From assembly GCA_000708835.1 (NCBI GenBank), contig DF236968.1, positions 1 through 64,000 of the forward strand: a stretch of 64,000 nucleotides of DNA. Reading direction: 5' to 3'. Shown here in pieces: positions 35,601 through 47,258 of this stretch. This DNA is from Klebsormidium nitens. Taxonomy: Eukaryota > Plantae > Klebsormidiophyceae. Position numbers and translations under genes: made by a program. Position 1 is the first letter of the stretch. Every line of letters begins with the position of its first letter. The notes beneath the pieces were generated by a model that was given only the letters and a program-made list of their open reading frames with translations, had not been told where the DNA came from and ran no database searches.

Positions 35601-38600
35601 GCAAGCTAGCCTAATGCTTGTTTCCCTCGGAGTTTCGGACCTTGACCGCATCCCTGACTCCCTCTTTTTTCCAGCACTCCCCCCGCACGGTCATCGCCCA
35701 GTTCATCGCCACGACTTACGGAGCCGACCACGAGTCCGACAGCGCCATTTCCGCCGACCTCCACCTGATTGCGGTCGGGGGATTCCTCTTGGCAGTCTAC
35801 GGACTGATTATTCTCGCCAAAAACCATCCGGTTGCCAGCGCGTCCTGGCTGGCGATCGCGTCGATCGGCAGCATTTCGCTGGCGGTCCTCTGCTCCTTCG
35901 GCTTCGCGGCCGCGGTCGGGGTCAAGTTCACGCTGGTGGAACAGGTGAGGCGCGCGCGCGCGCGCGTGCTTCCAGGAAAGCTTAAGGTCAGAGTGGACCA
36001 CTAGGAAGGCGCTCGCACTTGCGCGCTCTTCTTGGGCGCGTAGATCGACGCTCGCGCGCGCATATGCACTTCGCGCGACTTGGGCTAGGGTGAAACGATA
36101 AAGAGGGAATCGCGCGCGCCAGCGCTCTTCATTCGGCGCGCGCGCACTTTGAGTTGTGATTTGGTGGGCGGAATAGCCGAAAGGAGCGCGCGCGCTCGTG
36201 GCCTCGGCGCATATGCTCTTAAGCGCGCCCAAAGGCGCCGCCTGTTGTTCGGTTGGAATTTATACGCTTTCGCCCTGACGCCCCGCGCGCTGCATTTTGC
36301 GCGCGCGCCGCTCGCGCGCTGTTCTGTCGGGCTGAGGGGAACTTCTCTGCCTGCACGAAGCAATTTTCATTTCCAACTTTACAGAGATGTTTGGCGGCCT
36401 GGGTAATTCCAGCTTGAGACTGATCTCTTTTGCCGCATACGTCGGCGACTAGCATGATGAGTAACACTTGCCACTGCCGCTCGCGATCGGTCTTTTACTC
36501 CTATTCTCACTCTATCACTCTCAGTACAGACGAGCGGCTTTCAAACCTTGATAGGACCCAGAGAAGTCCCTTGTAGTTTGCATACTCGTTTTTTGCCGTC
36601 CTTCAACGCCGATCTCCGGTGCGATCCCCAGGTGCTGGCGCTCCTGTTGCTGGGCCTTGGCACCGACGACATGCTGGTCATAATCGCGTCGCACCAAGAA
36701 ACCGCGGCCGCGGGGCTCTCCGTCCCGCAGCGCCTCTCGGCGACCATGGCGCGCGCCGGCCGCGGCGTGTGAGCGGCGCAACAAACACAATCGTTGATTG
36801 TTATCTTTGTCGTCAACCGTCGAGTGTGTAGCTTCTTAAGTCAGGAAGATGTGGAGAAATATCATTACTATTGATGCTGAGGCAACTGTTAACCACCAAG
36901 CGCTGTCCGGCTGCTTGATCTACCTTTCGTGACCATTTCACGGGAAGCTTCTTGAAGACAAGCGTCGGCGTACTCCGAATGCCATCAGGTTCAAGTTACA
37001 ACATCCGCTTACAATTGATTGGTAGCCGAGGTTCAGAGAGAGTTCCGCATGCGGTCCCTGATCGTATGCGGATCGTTTTCACTAACGTGGAGGATGCCCA
37101 CTCAAAGCTATTCTTCTGCAGCATCTTGACGACCCTCACCAACTTTGTGGCCTTCTGCACGGGGATCACTTCCGACCTCCCCGCGCTGCAGGGTTTCATG
37201 GTCTACGCGGCGGCCGGGGTGAGCCCCCCGCTGTCTATGTTGGACTAAAATTTTGAGAAAAGTGGGTGGCCCTTTGACTGTGCATGCGAATCAGAAGCGG
37301 GTCCTGGCATCGGGAGCAGTACAAAACTGTTCTGGGCGTAACGGTCTGCCCACCAATCAGCAGGGACCGAATCCGTTTTCTGATGCTCACAAGCTCATGT
37401 CAATTTGTCTCCGTCTTGCTGTCGTTTTGCGGGTGATTGTTCCGTCTTGCTGTCGTTTTACAGGTGATTGTTAAGTTGAAACCTTGACCACCTGCTTGCT
37501 GACTGACGCTAAAACAGGCCGCCAAGCCGCAAGCTGACCCCACGCTACTTGCTCATGTCAGCACATAAACGATTCTTTCTACTCCACTGACGTCACCACA
37601 GGTCCTCTTCGAGTTCGTGCTCTGGAAATCCCTTGCCTGCCTGGCCCTCGACGTGCGCCGCATCTTTTCTTGACATCATCATGACCGGATAAATAATTCT
37701 GCTAACGTTGTCTTGTTGCTGACGTCACCACAGGTCGTCTTCGAGTTCGTGTTTCAGCGACCTTCTTCGCGGCCTGCTTAGCAAAGCACTAACCAGACCT
37801 TGTGACGTCATCGTGACCGCTCACTTCGTTCTGTTGACGTCATCGCACTTCTGACGTCACCGCAGGTCGTCTTTGAGTTCTCAGGCTCTTCCAGACCACC
37901 TTCTTCACGGCCTGCCTCGCGCTCGACTTGCGCCGGGCATTCATCAAGCAGAGTCCAGACATCTTTGCTGACGTCTTCGTGACTCTTATCCTCTGTTCTG
38001 CTGACGTCATACCAGGTCGTTTTTGAGTTCGTGTTCCAAACGACCTTCTTCGCGGCCTGCCTCGCGCTCGACATGCGCCGCCAGGCCGCGAGCCGCGTCG
38101 ACTGGCTCTGCTGCTTTCAGAGCGCGCGCGCGCGCACGCGCGGCTACCTCGGTTCCTACACCCCGGGCGCCGACAGCGTCAGCCAACGACTGGTCGGGAG
38201 GTACCTACCGGCCGCCATTTTGACACGTGTCGGAAAAGTAGTGATTTTGGGAGTCACGGTTGGATTGTTGGTGGTCGGCGGGATGGGGGCGGCGAAAGTG
38301 CGCCAGAATTGGAATAGCGACTGGTTCATTCCCAGGGGAAGCTACTACCGGGAGGTGCTCGCGGTTCAGAACCGGTACTTTCAGGGTGAGTGTAACGCTG
38401 AGAAACGTTCACTTGATTCGGAGGGCTAAATTTGAGAGGCGCCAAAAATGTTAATCCCAGGTTCATTTCCTCATTTGAGATTACATTGAGCATCCCTGAG
38501 ACAATCCCACATGGGCGCATTCTAGATTCAGAATAGTTTAAAAATCTGAGGGGGGGATTCGCGATCGCGGCCCTTTTACTGCTGAATGATTGCTTCGCAA

Positions 38601-41600
38601 GCAAAGTAACTCAAAAGCCAATGCTGTTTCGCGATTGTCTTCCCCGAAAAGCCGATTGTGGCAGAGTCATTCCGCAGGCGGCGTCGTTCCGTTCGCGGTC
38701 TACACCAAGAACCTGGCGGAACCGCCACTGGACTACTTCGCCCACCAGCATGAGCTCGCGGCAATCACGGCGAATCTCGAGGTCCGTGGCGAAAGCCTGC
38801 TGACATCATTCTAAATATTCTTTCCAAACCTGCTGACTCGGGAAAGCCAGAGGCCTTCGCCGTCTACTTAGCCCCTCTCGCCCGGGTACTTGCTCTTTCC
38901 CGGCGATTTGACGTTCGCGTGCCGAAGCGAACACGTCTTCTACAAAGACTGCGTATGAGAATTACTATGTTGGTTCGCATTGCCCTCTCTCTCAGCTAAA
39001 CACTGCATGAACCATTGGGATCCATTGAATTTTGGATTCCGGCTAGTAATCGCCATCAGCAACGACAACCGAAATCGGGAGTGTGATCCGATTCTTGTCA
39101 AATTCTCTCACAAAGTTGAGAACCTCAATACTCTTCACCGAGTCATTGCATACATGGTCGCCGAGATTCAGTTTAACACCAATACGGGCTTCCGGTAGAC
39201 CAGCCCGTACGTGGCGCGTTCCCCCGGTCGCTTCAAACTCGATCTCGCACTTTTTCAAGATCCTTCACATGTACTCCAGAAACTATCGCCGAGGCATTCC
39301 AAACATGGTCGCCCAAATTCAATCGACTCCCAATACGGACGTCCGCGCAGGCCAGTCCGTACGTGGCGACCGTTCCTCCGGTCGACTCCTGGTACGCCGC
39401 CTTCGTCGCATGGCTGCCCACAAGCCGCCACGTGGACAGCCTTGCGCCGGGGGGACTGCCACCTACTTCCGCCGCATTTCACGCATGGCTAGGAGGTGAC
39501 GATCTTTCACCATTATCTTGTTTTTTGAGCTTAGCGCTATACTCTAAGAACGGATCGCGATCGGGAGTAAGTCGTCTGATCTCTTTCTGACGGCAAAGAT
39601 AGAGTTTTGGGTGCCGAATTATGCACGCTCTGGGATACAATCGGATTGTCATGAAGTGTCAGTCGATGTGTTTCTTCGCAAGCTCGGTTTCGCGAAAAGA
39701 TCTTAAAATCGGGGTCACTAGCTTTCCACTTTGTCAGTGTCAAAAACGATCAGTAGAAGAAGTGGGTCTTCCCTCCACTCACATTCAATGAAGCACTTGT
39801 GAAACAGTGGTGACGGAAAACGAATGAAAGCCTTTAAAGCCGTCGCTTCAAAGAGCAATTCTGTAGCATGAGTAGATTGCCCTGAATTTTGCAGAGGTTT
39901 TGGACACGGACGGGGCGTACTACGCAAGGAGCGTCGTGTTTTTCGACGGGAATCGGACGAGCATCAAGGCAACCCGGATAGACGCGTACTTCCAGGATGC
40001 TCCGGACTCCCAGTATGAGGTGAAAGATTCATGAGAGAAAAACAGAGGTCGACAAAAAGATTGACTTAATTGGAGGACAAAGTCTTTGACGAACCTTGTT
40101 TTATCAATAACCCACCCTCGACAGTAGAGCGATGAGAAGAGGTGTAAGAGTCCCGCTTTCGAAGGCTTTAAAATCCTGATAGATTCAGGAATCTGAATAG
40201 TCAGTCACTCTTACTTGGTCTCCCGCATGGATCTATTGCCCCGCGCCTTAGGAGGGCAATCTGCTCGTCGTCTAGCTTTTCTGACCTGGCGGGAGATGTA
40301 GTGTCTGCCTGCCCCCAATGTCTCTGCAAGGAGAGTCAGATCCTCACGTCGACCATCGAGTTTTTAAGCGTCTTACTTGTACTTGCTCTGAAAGCCGAAC
40401 CAACTCTTTCGTCTACCGTTCCTATCCTTGAACTCTCGCAGAAACGTACTTCCAGATTTCATCCCCGGAAAAGTGCTCGCCAACTCAAACGTCATCTTCT
40501 GGTGCGCGTTCTTTCTTGCCGCAGGTGAACGCGATGAACGCCGCGCGCGCCATCGCGCGTCACTCAGCTCCCACCCTCGACGCCATCGCCTACACGGACG
40601 CCTTCCTCTTCTGGCAGGTCAGAGCTGACGTCATGTCGTCGCGCCGTTTTTCTGCAGCTCATGTGCAATTTTTTTTTCATCGGGTCAGTTTCCTCGGTAA
40701 CTCGTCGATTGCTGGGCGGTCATCACCTTAAAGGAAAGACCAACGCGTCAATCTCTTGTGCAAGCCGTACATGAATGAGGCAGTCAAAACAGGCTGTAAT
40801 CCACCACTTTCTTGGTACAGAGCTTGTCCGAGAGTCGTGAGTAGGTTAATGTTTCTTTTTGTCTAGAATTGACTAGTCTAGAGCCCTTTTGTCAATTGAG
40901 CCGGTTCTTTGGCGCGGACAGAACACTTCTTTACACGTGTTGTTCCGTCCAACAGGGCTACGACTCGATCGCGTGGCAGACGCTGCGCGACGTCATCATC
41001 GCGGGATCGGTCGTGTTCGGCATTACAATCGTCTTGCTGGCGGACCTCGTGGCCGCGACCGCCGTTGGGCTGATGGTGAGATCGCCGCTTCCTTGTCTGC
41101 TCTTTGACCTTCCACTTGCAAAGCGAAATTGAGTGCTAGCTTTTGAGTTGCTTTAAGTGTGCCGAACAAACTACCAATTCTTCCACCAGGCTGGTTTGCG
41201 TCGACATTAATATGTTTTGCGCTCTCGACTTTTGCCGAGTAGAGTTGGCGCTGAACGTGTTGTCTGCGACTTTGATTTTTGGGGGGTCGCCTGACCATGT
41301 CTTCTCCGTTCTGACCACCCCCTGTGAGTTTTTAGGTCGACCCCAAACTGTGAGCGCCCTCCATTAGCGGAAATTGAATCGCAAGGGAGAATCTTCTTTG
41401 ACTTGGCAACGGTTTTCCCTTTTTGGGGGTAGAAGTAAGCCCGCCAGAATTCCCCCCAGGTGCTGTGCATCGGCGTCTAGCCGGTGGGCGCCCTTCATTT
41501 GCTAGGCCCTGTTTCTGAGAAGACAAAGTATTAAGCAGACTTTGGGTACATTCACCTTTTGCGGGGGACAAAGTGTGCTCTCAAATCTCCTAGATTTTGT

Positions 41601-43247
41601 GCACCGACGTAGAATCGGTGCGCGGGACCCCATATGATGGGCCCTGGTTCTAAGAAGAAGTGCTTCGCAAGATTTTCGCGGGGGGTAAAGGATACTCTTG
41701 CATCTCCCCAGGTTTTGTGCATCGACGTCGAACTAGTGGGCGCCCTCCATTGGCTGGGCCTCAGCTTCAACGCAGTGACCGCGATCAATCTGCTCCTCGC
41801 CATCGGCATCGCCGTGGACTACTCCGCCTTCATAGCGTATGCCTTCATAGACGCGCGCGGCACGCGCGACGAGCGCGCGCGCGCGGCGCTCGCGCGTCTG
41901 GGCGTCGCCGTCTTCAACGGCGGCTTTACGGTGTTCCTGGCGATCGTCGGGTGCGCGTTCGCGCAGTCGTACATCTTCCGGACGTTCTTCAAGGTGAAGG
42001 ATATTCTTGTGCACTCGTTGGGAAAGTCAGGGGCGCTACCTGCTTAAACGTGCTTCCACGTTCCGTCAGAATTTTGAAGCCGATCGGCAGAAATGGTCAT
42101 CAAAAGGTCTTCAACAACGGTGACTTCAAGGGAGGCAAACGCCGGTATTTCCGTGTGAATTGAACGTAACGCTTCCTTACTTTGACAGCGAGGAAGGGTC
42201 CGGAAGGGGGTAAGACTTGGGCTGATTTGAAACCGAATACGCACAACTTTAAAGATAATTAGCCGTTCTATTCACATCCCCTCCGCTTCCTCCGACTGCT
42301 TGAGCTTGATGTTCGCTCAAGATGCAACGCATCAATGCACTCTGTGCTTCGTGAATCGTACCTAATGATATGTTTCGCTGTAGACTGACGTTACGCACAA
42401 GCAAACGTCGTGCTTTGTTTACGGATACAACAGGTGATCTCGTACTGCTCACGAAGTCGGACCGATAGTAGGCTTTCCCCATAACTACGACATGGAAACG
42501 GACTTTGACTTCACGTGCGCTAGCGTCATACGCCAAAACCGTTTGCGGGTGCAGATGTTTATGGCTATCGTTCTGCTGGGGCTATGGCACGGCCTTTTCG
42601 CTCTGCCGGTGATCCTCAGCCTGGTCGGGACGGCCTCTTACCACAGCGCTCCGGGAACGGAAGGCGGCGAGAATGGCACGTCCGTTTCCCCGGGGGACTG
42701 TACCGAGGACTCTGTCACCAGTGCTTCAGGGGAGAGAAAGCGTGCCCCTGCGGGGGGGTCAAAGAACGGTGCCCCGGGGGAAAAGAATGAGAACGGTGCC
42801 CCGGGGAAAACAAATGACAACGGTGCCCCGGGGGAAAAGAATGGGAACGGTGCCCCGGGGGAGAATAAGGAGAACGGTGCCCCGGGGGAAAAGATTCAGA
42901 GCGGTGCCCCAGGAGAAGAGAACGGTGCTCCGGGGGGAAGGAATGACGAGAACGGCGTGACGAACAGCCAGGGGAAACACGCCGGCGGCTTTTCGGTGAC
43001 CGTAACGAAGAAGTATGTGAAACTGGGCGGTAAGAAAACAGTCCCGGAAGACAGTGCCGGGAGGTTTTTGCTGAAGCCCCCGAAGAAACTTGCTGGAAAC
43101 GGCCACGTGGTAGATCACTCTGACTTGTTGAAGGAGAACAAAGGCCCGCGCGAAAGCGAAGCCAAAGCGCTGGCACCGGGCGTTCGAACGTTCTCCGTTA
43201 GTGGCGCGCCCACGAAGCAAAGTGCGTCCGGCCTAGCCGAGGCCTAG
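32636..43247 (+). CDS. Patched/NPC1-superfamily sterol-sensing-domain RND membrane protein (Patched-related architecture, no NPC1 N-terminal domain), about 15 exons; frame break in exon 3
   Basis: TM1 (RPLLVIAGSLLLAAVFALGL), VESSEEKLYTPQGS, SSD (LLLGLGTDDMLVI...LTTLTNFVAF...LPALQGFMVYAA...FQTTFFAACLALDMRR), second lobe WFIPRGSYY, LAIGIAVDYSAFIAYAF, AVFNGGFTVFLA, SYIFRTFFKMF...HGLFALPVILSL. Confidence 0.88.
37585..38015 (+). repeat. Exon-echo array: 3 copies of branch point plus acceptor plus exon start before Patched-like exon at 38016
   Basis: CTGACGTCACCACAG|GTCGTCTTCGAGTTCGTG...ACCTTCTTCGCGGCCTGCCTCGCGCTCGAC repeated with acceptors at about 37601, 37733 and 37865. Confidence 0.9.
42763..42958 (+). 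repeat. Coding minisatellite, about 27-bp unit, (N/S)GAPG(E/K/G)xxx x7 in the Patched-like C-terminal tail
   Basis: AACGGTGCCCCGGGGGA repeated; translation KNGAPGEKNENGAPGKTNDNGAPGEKNGNGAPGENKENGAPGEKIQSGAPGEENGAPGG. Confidence 0.9.
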
Positions 43248-45107
43248 CTATGGGCAGAGAAGTCGTGCAGTCCCGTGAGTTCTAGGGAGAGAAGTTCCGT
43301 AAGTTTGAACCAGAGGAGGTAGAAGAACGCAACTGAGCGGCGGCAAGTTTGATACAAGACCCGCCCTCCCCACTTCCTCGCGCCGAACCCTCTTCCTGTC
43401 TCCTCGCCCTTTTTCTCCTCTGACTCAACTTGGGCAGGAACGGGCAGAGCGCCACTCACAGGGTTGTCGAGTGCTTCAGTAGCACTTACCAGCGGATTGC
43501 GTTGCGGAACTTATGTAGCATCTTCAGGACTTGATAGAAGACAAAATTGGATTAAGACACAGCAATCAGCAACCGTCGGGGTCCGCTCAGATAGAGCCAA
43601 TAAGGGGTTTGATATTCAGTGCGTTTGATTGTGAGGTATGCGCTACTTTGCACACCAATTTGTCCTACCGCCAAAGGGTACGGAATGGTCTGAGGATCTT
43701 TGTGTTCGCACACGACGAATACGTCAACGCGCGCGCAGAGCCTGTCCGCCCCATTCATGCATTCATGCAGCCAATAAGCAAATCGTCCTACCGTTTCAAA
43801 GACACGTGCATGGTAACGACAAAAATGGCTGCCTTTGCTTGGGAACTACTCGCCGAGTCGGACATTTGATCAGGATTCAAGATGCAGTTGGATTCAAACT
43901 GGTCTGAATCAATGCAGGAATGCAGACCGACATCGTATTATCTTCGATCAACCATCGATGCGCCTGTCCCCAACACTGCAGTATTCACACACATGACTTG
44001 GATTTCTCATAAGGTGTTTTCTTCGAAAACAGCGCTCTTTGTGTTGTCAGATTATATCGAGTCACGATCGAATCAAGGTGGAAGATCTGGATATGCAAGG
44101 CGGCGATCCTAAATCGCCACAGCCAGAGAGGCTGAAAATGCGAATCTTGACATGCTGAACGCATAAAGGTCTGGATCGATTGAGCTTCGATGCATGTGCG
44201 CCTGTCGGCGCCGCCTGCTGCACGCTAAAAGTTCACATTCTGCGAAGTGCTGATCTTGCAAACTCGGAGGATACCTACACACGAATGCGACGGCAGGGTC
44301 CGGTAATCAGCAGACAGGCTGCAGCGGAGGCCACGACATCACACATGCTTGCAGGGAAGACAATCACTTCCTCGCCGCCGTAAGTGTGATCGTACTTTTT
44401 CTATCTTCTTGACAAGTCGGACTTTCGAAGTATTGCAAGCAAGGTAATTTGCTGCAAGAAGCCTGATCTTCTCGCAGTAGCATCATGATATAGTAGTCAA
44501 AGAGGCGCGTCCTTCTATCTCATAGGCTTACACACAAACTTGATCAGAAGGACCATCATCGCCTGTCATGCTGTCTCAAGTAGGTACGTATACTTGCTAT
44601 AATCATGTCGGACGTAAGATAAAAGCAAGGCAGGGCAGGTCAGGATTCAATGCAACCCCACATCCCCGCAAAGCACCCTATGGAAAGGACAACACATAAT
44701 CTGTAGTGATTGGTTCTCTGGCAAAGAGGGTTATCATCCGTTTTCTTGGATGCCAAGCACGAACAAAAGTTGCTACACAAGGCTTCAAGGAAACGTCTGT
44801 TTCCTACACTTCAGGCCAGCCTATGTAGTAGCAATGCTTGAGGGCAGGACCTGTTGGACGTTTGTGGCAGTAGAAGTACATAAATAGAACTTGCAATTGA
44901 AGGATTGGCAAATCAAGCTGGAAAAGATGATCCCACCTCATTCTGCGTTCAGAAACTCCAACTTAGTCTGTTAGCACCAGACTAAGGTTCACATAGCAAC
45001 GTAGACTCAACGTGGTCACAAAACTCGACGATTGTTTATATACAAAATTTACTCTGTCAGGAGTCAATCTAAAGACTGAAGAATGCTGATTTTAGCTGAC
45101 CAACACG

Positions 45108-45932
45108 TTAGTTCCTTATCTCCACTGGCCAACCAGCAGGCCCTGCAGCATACCTGACCTGATTCGTGGGTTCTTTCCGAACACTTGAATCGTTCTTACT
45201 ATCCCAAAGATGCATTCCTTTCCCAGAACCTGCACTCCAGGGGCGTCCATCATTCTGCCTTGTGGAACTAGTCTGGGAAGAAGACACACTTCGGCTCAAC
45301 TCTGCCCCTACTGTTGCTGGTCTACTCGATCCAGCTTGAGAATACATGACCTGAGACTGCCTAAGATCGCGAGGGCTACTGTCTTCTGTGAGGGTTTCGC
45401 AATACAAATGAGCAGAGCTTCGACTGCTGGGAGGCTCTGCCAAGCTGGAGCCCCCATCAACCCTTGCAAATGCAGAAGAAGGTCGTCGGAGCAGGGCGGG
45501 GTAGATGGTCGTGTCATACTGATTCTTCTTGCACTCCGTGACCAAGTACGCAGACTCAATTCGCCTGTACATGTGCTGGATATTCCGAGCATGATTTGTA
45601 ATGGTGGGGTCAGTCTGTGCTTTCTTGCGTGCTCTGTTTCTGCTCAGGTCGCTGGAACTTGGTGCCGAGCAAACCACATTGGAGCGTGACTGACCAGAGA
45701 AGGGCCTGTCTGTGCCGCTACGAGCTCCAGACTTGAGGAGGGATACTCGTCTATAGGTTTCGCGCACCTCCGCCAACTCATCTTGAAACTTCTTAGCTGA
45801 GGGTTTCCTTGAGATGATGAGCTTGTGCTTGAGACTCGACTCAGACTGCTGTGTGTCTACTTGGGCTCGAGCTTTAGACGGCTCCATGTTCTTGCAGCCA
45901 GCATCAAGGACGCATGGATCCGACCAGTACAA
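45108..45932 (-). CDS. Hypothetical Ser/Arg-rich protein (possibly one exon of a larger gene continuing to about 44340)
   Basis: 274-codon open frame with helical segments (KKFQDELAEVRETYRRVSLL; ITNHARNIQHMYRRIESAY) and a donor-like CAG|GTCAGG near its end; no family recognised. Confidence 0.45.
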   Translation of the reverse strand: MYWSDPCVLDAGCKNMEPSKARAQVDTQQSESSLKHKLIISRKPSAKKFQDELAEVRETYRRVSLLKSGARSGTDRPFSGQSRSNVVCSAPSSSDLSRNRARKKAQTDPTITNHARNIQHMYRRIESAYLVTECKKNQYDTTIYPALLRRPSSAFARVDGGSSLAEPPSSRSSAHLYCETLTEDSSPRDLRQSQVMYSQAGSSRPATVGAELSRSVSSSQTSSTRQNDGRPWSAGSGKGMHLWDSKNDSSVRKEPTNQVRYAAGPAGWPVEIRN

Positions 45933-47258
45933 ACTTGCGTGAAAGAGATCCTTGTAAGCTAGTTTCAGGGGATTATAATAATCCGCGTTTCCTGCAGCAA
46001 AATGCGAAAAAATGTAGATACTGGGGGGGGCTTGCTGCCGCTAAGAAAGCCTTTCTTTACACAACTTAACCTTCCGTCATCTGCTGCAAACTTGAATTCG
46101 AAGCGCTCACCCCCCAAACAGAGCCGTGCCCGGCCCTCGTTATATTTGATGATCTGAGACTCCGAGGCTAAAACTTCAACCTGTACCAGTAGCCTTCACT
46201 GTTGACCTGATCAACATCAGTGTCGGGTTCTCTTCTCGTTGAGCTGTAGGAAACCACGTACCTTATGATCACACAGGACTACTGCACCACCTTGCAGCGG
46301 GCAAAAGTATATTTTCAAGCTGTACTAGGTAAGTTAGGTACTCGAAGTTGTACGTCGAAATTCTGATGGTTTCTTTCGGTACAGCCCAGAGGGCAAAGAA
46401 ATAGTATACATCGGACGGCCGAGAAATCAAGCTTAGTCCATCGGACGGCGACGAAGAGATCGGATGCCCTGCGCGCGCGTCCCATGACAGGTGCACTTTC
46501 TTGAAGCTCATCTTATTGATTGAGCTGAATCTGATTCTAATGTCAGAGCACCATAGTATTACGAAGGTGATCAAGGGAGAAGAGTGTTTAAGTAGCAGTA
46601 CGCGAGCTCAAATTTCTTTGCAATCCTTTGGCCGGAAGCACTTTCAGCTTCTGCACCTAATATACACAAGTCCTGCGTAAATTAGAAGGTTCTGCATTGA
46701 GTTACTGTAACAGTAACAGTTACATATCGGGCCTTTTTTGGGATATCCCAACATACAAGGGCGTCCGTCTTTGGTCCCTTCAATTTGGTATCAAAGAGCT
46801 CCAGCTAGGACGATTGAGCCGCTGTTTCATCTGTTGCGAAGTGTTTGCGAAGGAAGGGCTCAACACACCACTCCCGCAGTCTTTGACCTGTCTTTGACAC
46901 CTTTGTATTAAAGATACAACCTTTGCTGTCGTGTTCTAACTTCCTTTGCTGCAGCCCCTATCGGAAGACGGAACTAGCCTGGGGATCTTTCGAGAGCTGG
47001 GTGCCACGTTGACTCATCTTTCCTGAAAGAAGTGCAGTGCGCTGCAGTTGCACCAGTGAATCTCAGTATGCGTAGGTGCTTATTAGCCAGAGCTATTCTA
47101 AGAACCTATTCAGGGTCCCTCGTATACAAAGTCCTCTGGCCAATCCAAAACCCCGGGTAGCAGCTTAACCTTCTCACCACCACGCGATCACCGAAGAAGA
47201 CACAAAATCAGCCTTCTAGCCTTCTCAGGCCCCCCTCCCATTCGCCGTTAAAGATTCA

